Program-made: the position numbers and the translations under genes
Shown: piece after piece, positions 20,440 through 30,210 of the stretch
Layout of the letters: each line of letters opens with the position of its first letter
How positions within the stretch are numbered: the stretch's first letter is position 1
NCBI GenBank assembly: GCA_963803805.1
Contig: CAWDOD010000001.1
Span: 64,001-128,000 of the forward strand
DNA length: 64,000 bases
Direction of reading: 5' to 3'
Source of the DNA: an uncultured cyanobacterium
Lineage (GTDB): Bacteria; Cyanobacteriota; Cyanobacteriia; Cyanobacteriales; CAWCAG01
Notes under the pieces: generated by a model
Databases searched by the model: none
Seen by the model: only the letters and a program-made list of their open reading frames with translations
Told to the model about the DNA's origin: nothing

Positions 20440-20883
20440 ATGAGTAATAAAAAACCCAATATAGCAGCAGAGGTTGTATCTGGAATTGCTGCCTACAAAC
20501 TACTTAGTTTTCTCATACCTCTACTTTTGTTTTTCGGGGCTATATTTCTTTTTAGTATAGGGAGGGAGAGAGTTGAAACTCCCTATGAACCACTGGGGAT
20601 TAGCTGTAGAAACATGAGAAACAAACATAAAACAGGTCATGCACTTAGTGGAGTTCGTGGTATTGAACCTTCAGTTGAAAAAGTTCTTAAAGAAGTTAAG
20701 ATAGAGATTGAAGCAGGTACTATTGAAGGGGACGCTGAATTTCAAAAGTTGGTTGAGGAATGGGTTGTCATTCATGCTGATATTCCCCAACGAAATACTC
20801 CCAAAGTTTTAGAATGGGAAAAAAGGTTTACTGAAGTTTGTGGGTTAGCGATAATAGATAATAGTGATTATTTTGATGAATAG
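20440..20883 (+). CDS. Hypothetical membrane-anchored protein
   Basis: 147-aa ORF, one N-terminal TM, last gene of the T4SS run. Confidence 0.6.
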   Translation: MSNKKPNIAAEVVSGIAAYKLLSFLIPLLLFFGAIFLFSIGRERVETPYEPLGISCRNMRNKHKTGHALSGVRGIEPSVEKVLKEVKIEIEAGTIEGDAEFQKLVEEWVVIHADIPQRNTPKVLEWEKRFTEVCGLAIIDNSDYFDE

Positions 20884-20959
20884 TTTGGCTCAAAGTATAT
20901 GGTTATTAAATCGTTGCGATCGCAGGTTTGAAGAATTGCATCGCATTAAAATTAAGCGA

Positions 20960-21001
20960 AACAGACCTTGATTAGCTTGAATTTCCCAAACAAGGTCTGT
21001 T
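20960..21001. terminator. Inverted repeat between convergent genes
   Basis: AACAGACCTTG...CAAGGTCTGTT 11-bp arms. Confidence 0.5.
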
Positions 21002-21031
21002 AGTTTTTTCTCATTACTGGGGAGTAAAATA

Positions 21032-22831
21032 TCAATTTTGTGTTCCATTTAATGAGTCTTTGAAGCTAACTTTGGTACTTAATATCCAAAGACGAAATAG
21101 TTCAATAGTAATAGAATACTTACCTTCTTTATTGGTCACTATCTCATTATGAATCAGAAGTTCTAAATCCGATGATAACAGTTCCTCTGATTCAGATTTT
21201 TTTGTTCTCTCAATTAATTCTTCTAAAGTTATTCCTTGTTTTTTACTAGCTATTGACTTTAGAACTTCTTCGGCTGATTTAGTTGTAAGGTCAAAAAGTA
21301 AGATGCTTTCTGACCATAGCTGCTTAAAACAATACTCTCCATACTTTGTACTAAATAATTTTCCGTCATCAATTAACTTATTCACATCGTCGCTAGTAAA
21401 TGAATAATTTCTGACCGCACTTTGTTTGGTTTTGTCACCATAGTGTACAAGAAGATATCCTATAATTTGTACAGAGAAAGGATGCCCATGGGTTAGCTCG
21501 TATATTATTTTTACTGCTTCATCAGTATATGTTCTAAACTCCTTTAAAACAGCATCAGTTTCCTGTAAAGATAGAAAGCTAACTCCAACAGGAACTAAGT
21601 CAGAGAAGAAGTCTGTCAAGTCAGTAACAGCAATATCAGAAGCGGTAAACGCTCCATAATATTGTGTACAGCAAACAGCCAACCCTACTCCAGAGGGTAC
21701 ACATCTTTGTAGGTAATCTATAAAATCATCAGAAATATATCCTTCTGATATCAAATCTAACAGTACTTCAAACTCATCTAAGGCGATAATTAGTTTTTTT
21801 GAATGTTCCTTCTCTACTTTTGCTAGATAGACTCTGAAGGTATCATAGGGCTGTTCTAACATCTCTTCATTGCTAGGAAAGGTAATAGCCGTAGCATCAG
21901 CAATACTATCTGCGATCGCAATTAATAATTCATCATCTTCAGGAAATTGATTTAAACGAGCAACAGCTTTTAAATCGAGGTAAGCAACTGCTACCTTATT
22001 AATCAAACGTTGGGAGGCATAATGTATTAATGAAGTTTTGCCTATGCCAGGTTGCCCGAATATAATTGTTGAAGACTTGTTGTCCCTCATCCAAAATTTC
22101 TCAAGTTTTCGTAAAATATTTTCTCTACCTTTAAATTGCTGTCTAGTCTCTTTGACATGAACAGGAATTAACTTGTTTAGAAAACTTGTCAAGTTAGGGA
22201 TAGGAAGATTAGGGAAAACAGACTCTACTGATTTACTTGTACAGCAAATAGCAAATGCCACTTTAGGTGATAAACATTCTTGCAGATAGTCTGGTAGATT
22301 GCGAGGAAGCCTGTCTTTCATGATTAGTTCTAGCAAAACCTCAAACTTATCCAAAACAATAACTAAATTGCCTTTAAGTTCAGCTTCTACTTCTGTTAAG
22401 TAATTTTTGAAAATTATGTAGGGCTGTTCCAGCATTTGTTGTTCACTAGGAGGGGCAATAGCTGTAACCTCAGCAATACTACTTGTAATTGCAAGCAACA
22501 ACTCGCGAATTCCGCCACCTCCTAGAGCAAAGTTCGGTAAGTTAAGGTAAGCAACAGTTGCTTCTGTTGTAGATAAAAGATGGGTAATGTGTTGTATCAA
22601 AGGGCTTTTTTTCGGGTAAGGCTTACTATGGACGATAAGCGTCGGTTGGACAGTTTGCGCTTTCCAATATTCCTGAAGCTTTTGAAGATAAGGAAATAGC
22701 CCTTGAAACTGATTTTCAGGGCCAATACTGTCTAGTGTGTAGGGATTATCTTGCTCTATTAATTCCTTAACTGCTGTAGAAGGTATCATCAAATCTATTA
22801 TTGCCTGTAAAGGGTTTACATTTTGTGTCAT
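21032..22831 (-). CDS. STAND-like ATPase with internally duplicated NTPase domain (first copy degenerate)
   Basis: Second domain GQPGIGKTS, ALDEFE, LTHGHPF; first domain has SKPYPKKS at the P-loop and VLDKFE. Confidence 0.8.
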   Translation of the reverse strand: MTQNVNPLQAIIDLMIPSTAVKELIEQDNPYTLDSIGPENQFQGLFPYLQKLQEYWKAQTVQPTLIVHSKPYPKKSPLIQHITHLLSTTEATVAYLNLPNFALGGGGIRELLLAITSSIAEVTAIAPPSEQQMLEQPYIIFKNYLTEVEAELKGNLVIVLDKFEVLLELIMKDRLPRNLPDYLQECLSPKVAFAICCTSKSVESVFPNLPIPNLTSFLNKLIPVHVKETRQQFKGRENILRKLEKFWMRDNKSSTIIFGQPGIGKTSLIHYASQRLINKVAVAYLDLKAVARLNQFPEDDELLIAIADSIADATAITFPSNEEMLEQPYDTFRVYLAKVEKEHSKKLIIALDEFEVLLDLISEGYISDDFIDYLQRCVPSGVGLAVCCTQYYGAFTASDIAVTDLTDFFSDLVPVGVSFLSLQETDAVLKEFRTYTDEAVKIIYELTHGHPFSVQIIGYLLVHYGDKTKQSAVRNYSFTSDDVNKLIDDGKLFSTKYGEYCFKQLWSESILLFDLTTKSAEEVLKSIASKKQGITLEELIERTKKSESEELLSSDLELLIHNEIVTNKEGKYSITIELFRLWILSTKVSFKDSLNGTQN

Positions 22832-22851
22832 TTTAGTATCCTATAAATAGT

Positions 22852-22998
22852 CTAGTTGTGTTGTGCAGCAGTCACTACTTTTAGTAACTCTAAACTATCT
22901 TCAATTAATTGGTTGTTGCTGTGTAGTGCAGCTTTATCTTCTAAAGAATCTAATACCCTCGATGGTGGGTAAAACTTAGTTGATAGTTGAGTAAGCAT
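22852..22998 (-). pseudogene. 5'-truncated copy of ORF 24965..25390
   Basis: MLTQLSTKFYPPSRVLDSLEDKAALHSNNQLIEDSLELLK matches the C-terminus of 24965..25390. Confidence 0.7.
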
Positions 22999-23096
22999 AT
23001 TTGTCCTTGTTAAATTAATTATACTTACTACTCCTCGATAAGATAAAAACGTTATACTAACTTTAGGTTAAAGTTATGCAAAAATGAAGCAAAATC

Positions 23097-23351
23097 ATGA
23101 ATGATTTAATCAATAAAATCAACTATAACCTACTTTCTAAAATTTTCCTTACTTGGCTTTTTATCTTCCCTTCATTCGTAGGAATAGGTACTCTTTCAAT
23201 CTACGCTTTAGAGCGTTATTTTGGCATCGTTACAGTCGAGATTGATCTACTATTACAAGTTAGCGCTTTTGTTGCTGCAATTGTTATTAGCTTCTTTCTT
23301 TTTATTCTTTTTACGAAACTTGCCGCTTTTGTTATTTCCTTTTGGGAGTAA
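23097..23351 (+). CDS. Small two-TM membrane protein
   Basis: 84 aa, two hydrophobic helices. Confidence 0.55.
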   Translation: MNDLINKINYNLLSKIFLTWLFIFPSFVGIGTLSIYALERYFGIVTVEIDLLLQVSAFVAAIVISFFLFILFTKLAAFVISFWE

Positions 23352-23388
23352 AATTAAGCTGTTTACTCACTATTATCTTGTTCTTCTA

Positions 23389-24951
23389 TTACTGTTCAAT
23401 TTGCCATAGATGCAATAACTCAATAGTAACAGAATATCTTCCTTCTTTGCTTACAATCACTTCACTTTCCTGTAAAAATTTAAGGACAGACAACAACATA
23501 TCTTTAGATATTGTATCTCCTGGCATTTTATATATCGAGCTTTTACTTAGCTTTTCTAATGTAAGCCCTTGCTGTTTACAAGCTAGCAAACTTAGAGTTT
23601 CTTGAGACGTAATTGTAAACGATGGAAACATAATACTTTGCAGCCATAATTGGCAAAAGAAATGCTGCCCATATTTTGAATTAAATATTTCTTTTTTCTC
23701 AACTACCATATCTACGTTGTCCTTGGTAAAAGAGTAGTTTTTGAACATACTTTGCCCGATATCATTACTCTGATTGTGACGTAGACTATTACTGTAACGC
23801 ACTAAGATATGCCCTATAGCTTGTATTAAATAGGGGTGTCCATTAGTTAATTGATATACTCTTTCTATAGCTTCTTCTGTATATTTTCTAGATGCTCTTA
23901 GAACAGCGCTGGTTTCTTGTCGAGACATGAAACTAACATGAATAGGGATTAGATAGCTAAAGAAGCTTACTAAGCCGGGAATGGGGAGTTCTTGGGCAAG
24001 GAACTTAACCAGGTTTTGAGTACAACAAATAGCAAAACCTAGTTTGGGAGATATACATTCTTGTAAGTAAGTTATGAAAGTTTTGGAGATACTACCTTCT
24101 AATATTCTATTTATGAGTATTTCAAAGTCATCTAAGGCAATGATTAGGCTTCCTTGCAGTTGTTTTAAGTAAGCCTTAAAGCTTTTATGAGGTTCAACTA
24201 AAAACGCTTTTTTAGTAGGAAGAGGGACTTTAGTTACTTGGGCAATATTACTTGCGATCGCAAATAATAGTTTACCTTCTTGTGGTTCTAAGCTAACGTA
24301 GCTTATTACTTCTAAGTTAAGGTAAGCAATTTTTACCTCTTCGCTAAAATATTGGCTGGCATAACGTATTAGTGAAGTCTTCCCTATACCAGCTATTCCA
24401 TAGATAATTACTGATTCCACCTTATTTTTTGTCCAGATAGTCTTAAGTAAACGTAAGATATCTTCCCTACCATGAAACTGGTCTTTAGACCCAACACTGG
24501 TTAAAGTATAGGGGTTACTTTGCTCTACTAACTTTTTCTTCGTCACAAAGGAAGCAGGATAACAAGTAACGTCTCTGCTGAACTCTACATACTCCTGCTT
24601 ATATTCTTCCTGTTCAAGCCAATAGGATTGGCCAGGGCGTATAGGAAAAAGATTGAAAGTTTCTCCAGCTTCCCATTCGTACTTAGGATTCCATTCGTAC
24701 TTAGAACAAATACTAGAACCAGTATCCAAAATTCTCCATTGCTGCCAGGGAAATCTTCTATAAACTAAGGTAGAGAAAAACAATCTTAGAGCATAAGATT
24801 TACCCAGAGTAAGTTTGTCAAGATGAAAAGTACTTGTAGGTGATTTGAAACTAACATCATGCCAAAAAACCTCAACAACTGTGTAGGAAGTTATTGAATT
24901 AAGTAAATTTTTTATGAAGCTAAGAGCGGCAAAGCCTTTTTCATATATCAT
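23389..24951 (-). CDS. STAND-like ATPase
   Basis: FHGRE, GIAGIGKTS, ALDDFE, LTNGHPYLIQ, C-terminal winged-helix-like region. Confidence 0.8.
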   Translation of the reverse strand: MIYEKGFAALSFIKNLLNSITSYTVVEVFWHDVSFKSPTSTFHLDKLTLGKSYALRLFFSTLVYRRFPWQQWRILDTGSSICSKYEWNPKYEWEAGETFNLFPIRPGQSYWLEQEEYKQEYVEFSRDVTCYPASFVTKKKLVEQSNPYTLTSVGSKDQFHGREDILRLLKTIWTKNKVESVIIYGIAGIGKTSLIRYASQYFSEEVKIAYLNLEVISYVSLEPQEGKLLFAIASNIAQVTKVPLPTKKAFLVEPHKSFKAYLKQLQGSLIIALDDFEILINRILEGSISKTFITYLQECISPKLGFAICCTQNLVKFLAQELPIPGLVSFFSYLIPIHVSFMSRQETSAVLRASRKYTEEAIERVYQLTNGHPYLIQAIGHILVRYSNSLRHNQSNDIGQSMFKNYSFTKDNVDMVVEKKEIFNSKYGQHFFCQLWLQSIMFPSFTITSQETLSLLACKQQGLTLEKLSKSSIYKMPGDTISKDMLLSVLKFLQESEVIVSKEGRYSVTIELLHLWQIEQ

Positions 24952-24964
24952 TTGTCACAATCTT

Positions 24965-25390
24965 TCAATTATATTGTGCAGAAGCTACTAGTTTTAGTAA
25001 CTCTAAACTATCTTCAATTAATTGGTCATTGCTGTGTAGTGCAGCTTTACCTTCTAAAGCATCTAATATTCTTGATGGTGGGTAAAACTTAGTTGATAGT
25101 TGAGCAAGCATATTTGCCCTTGTTAAATTAATTATACCTACTACTCCTTGAACAGAATTAGCAGTTTTAATAAAATGCAAATTCTGCTCAATATCCATAT
25201 TTGCCTTTAGTACTATGGGTATTATTTCTAAGTCGGTTCTAGCGAGGTAATAGTTAAATAACGGTAATGTGACATTACTAACTTCTTCTACTGCTTTAGT
25301 GTGACTCTCTAAGCTTTGAGCATGAGATAACAAGGCATTGGTAAATAGAAAAACGACTAACCCTATGCAAGTTTGTTCTAAGATAAACAT
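24965..25390 (-). CDS. Hypothetical protein with N-terminal hydrophobic segment
   Basis: 141-aa ORF co-oriented with the ATPase; partial paralog at 22852. Confidence 0.6.
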   Translation of the reverse strand: MFILEQTCIGLVVFLFTNALLSHAQSLESHTKAVEEVSNVTLPLFNYYLARTDLEIIPIVLKANMDIEQNLHFIKTANSVQGVVGIINLTRANMLAQLSTKFYPPSRILDALEGKAALHSNDQLIEDSLELLKLVASAQYN

Positions 25391-25474
25391 TATTACTTTT
25401 TATTAGTTAGGTCATTGCTAAAACAATTATACATTTGCTAGAATAAAAGTCACTCATATTTATAGTTTTTTAGC

Positions 25475-25753
25475 GTGGGTAGATTTGAAGATCGTCAGCA
25501 TAAAAAGCAGCAACTGGACAAAATAAATTCAGTTGCTAATTCGGTTTTCAATATTTGCAATTGGTTCATTTGCTATTTCTGTTTGCTTCTTGTACTTATT
25601 CTGTTTTTCTCAGAGAGCGAAGATCCTGAAATTGTCTATTTTCTAACTGGGCTTTTACTTCTGGGATTTGCCGCTTGTCCGCTTATAGACTTTGAGAAGT
25701 ATTGGTTTTTAAAGTGCGTGACTGGGGTACTTGGAATTATTTTACTTAGTTGA
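25475..25753 (+). CDS. Small membrane protein
   Basis: 92 aa, about three hydrophobic helices. Confidence 0.5.
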   Translation: MGRFEDRQHKKQQLDKINSVANSVFNICNWFICYFCLLLVLILFFSESEDPEIVYFLTGLLLLGFAACPLIDFEKYWFLKCVTGVLGIILLS

Positions 25754-25914
25754 ATCTATTTCTTTTTTCTTGAGAAACTTTAGTAAAAACTTGGAGAAGT
25801 TGCCTATAGTTAGTCCAAAGATAGCCGCTAAAAAAAATAGCAATAGGAAAGGATATTCTTCTGGAAACTCTACTTTAGGCGGGAGAATAATTACAGTAGT
25901 TGCAATAAAAGCCA

Positions 25915-26166
25915 ATGACTATTACACAATCTATAATTTTTGCTTTCTTTGGTTTACTAAGCTCTTTGGCCATCTACTATCTGTTTGGCTATGTCATGGA
26001 TACCGTTGCTGGATCAGACTTCTTTTTAGGGCGAGATCGCTTGAGGCTTTTCTGTTGGAATGCAATGAATAATTCAAGAATTATGATAGCAATAGTAATA
26101 GCAATAATTTGTACGTTTGCCTTCTCTTTTGCTATTATGGAGATAGTTCTTGATATCTTTAACTAG
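25915..26166 (+). CDS. Small two-TM membrane protein
   Basis: 83 aa, two hydrophobic helices. Confidence 0.5.
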   Translation: MTITQSIIFAFFGLLSSLAIYYLFGYVMDTVAGSDFFLGRDRLRLFCWNAMNNSRIMIAIVIAIICTFAFSFAIMEIVLDIFN

Positions 26167-26168
26167 CT

Positions 26169-27659
26169 TTAAGCTAATTCGTAGTGAGGTTTTTCTTGAA
26201 GTATCCAGAGACGGAATAATTCGATAGCAATTACCCATCTTTCTTCCCTGTTTACAATAATTTCGCTTTCTTCTAATATGTCTAAACTTGAGGAAAGAAG
26301 ATTATCTGATATGTCCCTGGTGATTGCATCAAGCTTTGTCCTTAATTCTTCATAAGTCAAACCTTCTGGTTCAGAGGATAAAATAACAGTGATTTTTTGA
26401 AAGGCTAAGCAGTCCGAAGCTTTTCGCCACAAGAACCTAAAGTAGGTAGCCCCAGAGTTCAAAATTTTTCCTTCTGCAAAAACTTCATCTAAATGTTTAC
26501 CGGTGAAGAATCTAACCTTCGGATAACGGCTTACCAACTGAAAACCTATTGTTTGTACTAGAAGGGGCTGTCCATTGGTAAGCTGATATATTTTTTCGAC
26601 TACATCGTCCGTGTAATGTCTAAATTGAGTTAGAACGGTGCGAGTTTCTTCTAAAGATAAGAAGCCTCTGACTTGGATAGGGACTAACTTATCAAAGAAG
26701 TTTTTAAAGTAAGTGCGAAACATTTTCTCTGGACTGTGGCCAGCAATAACGGCAAAGCCAGTCTTTGAGGATATGCACTCTGCCAAATAGTCCGTGAATG
26801 TCTCAGGAATCTTCTCTTCTCTAATCCATATTTGTAATTTTTCAAACTCATTCAGGGTAATGATTAAGTTACTTTGTAGTTGTTCTTCTAATGTGGCTAA
26901 GTAGCCTCTAAAGGCTTCGTAAGGCTGTTCTAGTATCTCTTTGTCAGAGGGAGGCTTAATTGCTGTTGCCTCTTGAATACTATCTGCGATCGCTAGTAAG
27001 AATTCGCCTACCATTTGTCCTTCTGAGTTCAGGCTACCTAGAATTTGTAGATTGAAGTCAGCAACTATAACTTTTGGATAGAAGTTGTAGGCAGCGTTGC
27101 GTACCAAAGAAGTTTTACCAGTTCGACGCTGACCATAGATTAGTGTTGATTGTACTTTTTCCCTTGTCCAAAACTCTTTAAGCCGTATAAGGGCTTCCTC
27201 TCTACCTTTAAAGTTATCTTTAGTGACAACAGAATTGGGTCTATAGGGGTTTGCTTCTTTAAACTGATGTTGCATATTTAGACGAAGTAATTCAGCATTC
27301 AAGTACCATCTATTTTCTTTTTGTTGAACTATTCCAATATTCTGGAGTTCTCTTAGTTGGCAGTCAACTTCCAACAAAGAAGATTGGTTCAACTCAGTTG
27401 ATGTGTAACCTTCTTTCCTCGGAAAATATGTTGCGACATAGGTTTTTTTTGGGCGAATGGCGAAGAAATCAAACTCATCATTGAACTTCCATAGATATTC
27501 GGAGCCAGGGTCTAAAACCCTCCATTTTTCCCAAGGAAGTAGTCTAAAAATAGTTAAGAACTCTTCATCAATTTGGTTGTCATTAATAAAGGCTTTCCAA
27601 CTAACTTCAACTACGGAGTAAGGGAGAATTGTTTTGAGTGAGTCGAGTAAGTTTTTCAT
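26169..27659 (-). CDS. STAND-like ATPase
   Basis: NPY..FKGRE, GQRRTGKTS, TLNEFE, LTNGQPLLVQ, IELFRLWI. Confidence 0.82.
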   Translation of the reverse strand: MKNLLDSLKTILPYSVVEVSWKAFINDNQIDEEFLTIFRLLPWEKWRVLDPGSEYLWKFNDEFDFFAIRPKKTYVATYFPRKEGYTSTELNQSSLLEVDCQLRELQNIGIVQQKENRWYLNAELLRLNMQHQFKEANPYRPNSVVTKDNFKGREEALIRLKEFWTREKVQSTLIYGQRRTGKTSLVRNAAYNFYPKVIVADFNLQILGSLNSEGQMVGEFLLAIADSIQEATAIKPPSDKEILEQPYEAFRGYLATLEEQLQSNLIITLNEFEKLQIWIREEKIPETFTDYLAECISSKTGFAVIAGHSPEKMFRTYFKNFFDKLVPIQVRGFLSLEETRTVLTQFRHYTDDVVEKIYQLTNGQPLLVQTIGFQLVSRYPKVRFFTGKHLDEVFAEGKILNSGATYFRFLWRKASDCLAFQKITVILSSEPEGLTYEELRTKLDAITRDISDNLLSSSLDILEESEIIVNREERWVIAIELFRLWILQEKPHYELA

Positions 27660-28999
27660 AGTTTTTGTGCCTCTTTGCTTAAAATAAAAGGGACTACGTT
27701 GGTTAAGGGACGACTGTATTTAGCGATTAATTTTAAATCAGGAGAGAAAAAGATAAAACTAATTGCTAAATTTGATTGAATCAGAGAGTGTAATTCAGAT
27801 AGGAGGCTCTCTTTATTTATTTTCTCTTGCTCTATGGCTGCATCTATATTATTAAAGCTATCAATACAAGCTAGTATCTTTTTATTAGGCTGTTGTTCAA
27901 AAACTTCATCTAACCAGTCGTCTAATGTAAAATAAATATTTTCTTGAGGATCGTAATTTAAAACTGGTAATTTACTGTTGTTTTGATTACAAATAGATGT
28001 TGTAAAGTAGCGCCAGAAACCTTCTTCACTTTCTAGAATTTCTGAATTGAGGTTTAGATAAGCAAATAAATAGTCGTCTGGAAGTTCGTCTTGTAATTGC
28101 TTGAGAAATAGCTCTTTGTCACTATTTTCATAACTATACAACCATAAACTATTACTTCTTTCTATATGTTTAACTATATGATTTGTATTAGTTAGCTTAT
28201 CAAAGGCAAATTTGAGGTTTTTCTCAAAGTATGAGTTGTCGGGGCAGTTGAAAGCTCGTTCTTCAAGAATTTCCAACCACCTTACAAATGTTTCATAATA
28301 TTTATCTATAGATTCTTTGTATGAATTGTTAGTAGCTTTTGTATTAGCTTGTATTTGCAAAAATAATATATCTTCTCTTTCTACCTCGACTACATTCTCT
28401 ACTCCGTCTACTTTGCAAATTAATACGATTAGGTTTGTTACTAAGTCCCTTTCATAATCTTCTTTGATAACAACACAAAATTTCCCTTTTTTTATTTCTA
28501 CTAGAAGGTGATAGAAAGAAGGTGAAACAGGAGGATTAAGCTCAACTTTACTTTTAAGCTTGAAGTTTGCTACTTCTTTCTCATACTCTTGTCTTTCTTG
28601 AGTATGCTTGTACATTTCGCTTTGTGATCTCTCACTAACAAGCTCTAAATCGAATTCTAACTCTCTTTTGTCAGTTTCAAGCTTAATTTCAGGCTGCATA
28701 TTTTCTACAGTGTTACTTGGGGGATTTTTAACTCTCTTACCTATTTTTATGGCTGTAATTAAACTTTTGATAGCTAGATAAAAAACTAATGCAACTGCAA
28801 CTGTATTGATTATTATTAAGCTAGTTAGAAGCGGATAATCGCTGACTAAACTAGTAAGTTTTGAGCTTGCACTGACATTGTTTGCTTGAGTAGTTGATAG
28901 TTGATTAGCCATGGTTATTACTCTTTCTGTCTTTATTACTAAGTCTATCAAATGTAAGTTTAAGGCTCTCTTCAAGATACGAGTTATCAGTACAATCAA
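27656..28999 (-). CDS. TM / coiled-coil protein with degenerate NTPase domain
   Basis: One TM; C-terminal ILACIDSFN Walker-B-like segment but no intact Walker A; overlaps the next ATPase start. Confidence 0.6.
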   Translation of the reverse strand: MIVLITRILKRALNLHLIDLVIKTERVITMANQLSTTQANNVSASSKLTSLVSDYPLLTSLIIINTVAVALVFYLAIKSLITAIKIGKRVKNPPSNTVENMQPEIKLETDKRELEFDLELVSERSQSEMYKHTQERQEYEKEVANFKLKSKVELNPPVSPSFYHLLVEIKKGKFCVVIKEDYERDLVTNLIVLICKVDGVENVVEVEREDILFLQIQANTKATNNSYKESIDKYYETFVRWLEILEERAFNCPDNSYFEKNLKFAFDKLTNTNHIVKHIERSNSLWLYSYENSDKELFLKQLQDELPDDYLFAYLNLNSEILESEEGFWRYFTTSICNQNNSKLPVLNYDPQENIYFTLDDWLDEVFEQQPNKKILACIDSFNNIDAAIEQEKINKESLLSELHSLIQSNLAISFIFFSPDLKLIAKYSRPLTNVVPFILSKEAQKL

Positions 29000-29195
29000 C
29001 TGCTCGTTTTTCTAACACAATATTTAACTGTTCCTATCAATACAAATAGATTTTTACTATACACAGTAAACTCTATATCTATACTTAATAAAAGATTAGA
29101 GGAAGTATTCTTACTATGAGAGCTTAATTCAAGTCTCAAAACCTTTATAAATTCAAAACTTGAAGTAAAGCTATCAATAGGAAAAGTATTCAATA

Positions 29196-30145
29196 TTAAT
29201 CCCATCTTTCTACTGTTTGGCGGTGTATCCAGCTACTTAACTTTTCATCTTCAACATATCCTTTTAAACCAGAATCTACCCAGATATGCAGTTTATCCAA
29301 ACATCCCAACTCTGAAGCAGCGCTTTCTATGTCTTGCCACTGCTGAATAAAATTACTGGCCCAGGATTTCTGCTTTGTTACTGACTTTACAAAGTCTAGC
29401 CCTGCTGCTAGCATTCTTTGCCCATTAGTTCCTCTGGCGTTAATAGGTTCCCAGAAGATAACTTCTGGGGAAAACTGCATCACTTTCTCTAAATGCACTT
29501 TGAAATCGTCTTTACCCATAGATGGTGGAGTAGGTGCGATCGCAACGTATAGGCGACAGCCTGCTTTATGCCCTTTTAATAAAGCTCGGTAGCGCGTGGA
29601 AGGTAGTGGTGCAAAAGGTTCTATTTTACGGCTGAGTGCGTCATCTAGATAGGGTAAACTCATGCCAACTGTAATATTAGGATGAACGAGAATGTCAATG
29701 TCTTTTATCCACAAGGGAGAACGGGTGAGGATTCTCACCCGTTTATCGTATTTGAGGAGAATTTCTATTGTTTGGCGAGTGATGGCTGCTGTTGCAGCAT
29801 TCTGGTAAGGGTCGGTGGTGGAGCAAAGCAAAACTACACCCTGTCCAGAATTGGTAGTTTGCCAAGTTCTTTTACTTTTGAGTATTGCTTCTAGCTTCTC
29901 TGCTACTTGTTCTCGGACGAAGAGGTAGTTGCCCCAGTCTAGTTGGGGATTCTCCACCCCTCTACTTTGTAGTTCCTGGGAACGAATTCTTATTACAGGG
30001 GTAGAAGGCACGTAGCAGAATGTGCAGCCGTGCAAGCAGCCGCTTGCTATGTTGATTACATAGTCACACAATCCTTTTTTACTTAGATTGCTTTGCTGAA
30101 GAAAGGACGCTGACTAGTATGAAGGGCGTAGTATTTTATTTCCAT
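29196..30145 (-). CDS. Radical SAM protein, SplB/spore-photoproduct-lyase-like; frameshift near 30105
   Basis: GCLHGCTFCY CxxxCxxC, STTDPYQ, ILTRSP; ATG at 30145 is one base out of frame with QSNLSKKGLCDYVIN. Confidence 0.8.
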
Positions 30146-30210
30146 GATTTAGAAGGTTTGCTCATTGTTTTAATTTGGTTTAGAAGTAGTGCTTAAAATG
30201 CTACTGTGCT

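Larger units (their letters stand above)
22861..25148. repeat. 175-bp imperfect direct repeat (22861-23035 and 24974-25148)
   Basis: Colinear alignment at offset 2113; each copy precedes an ATPase gene. Confidence 0.9.

Noticed and set aside
24670-24706. 18-bp tandem duplication (KYEWNPKYEW); similar 24-bp duplication near 30890-30932
   Set aside because: In-frame slippage duplications with no wider pattern
28996-29205. 69-aa minus-strand ORF
   Set aside because: Very AT-rich, no motifs, overlaps both neighbours; not supportable
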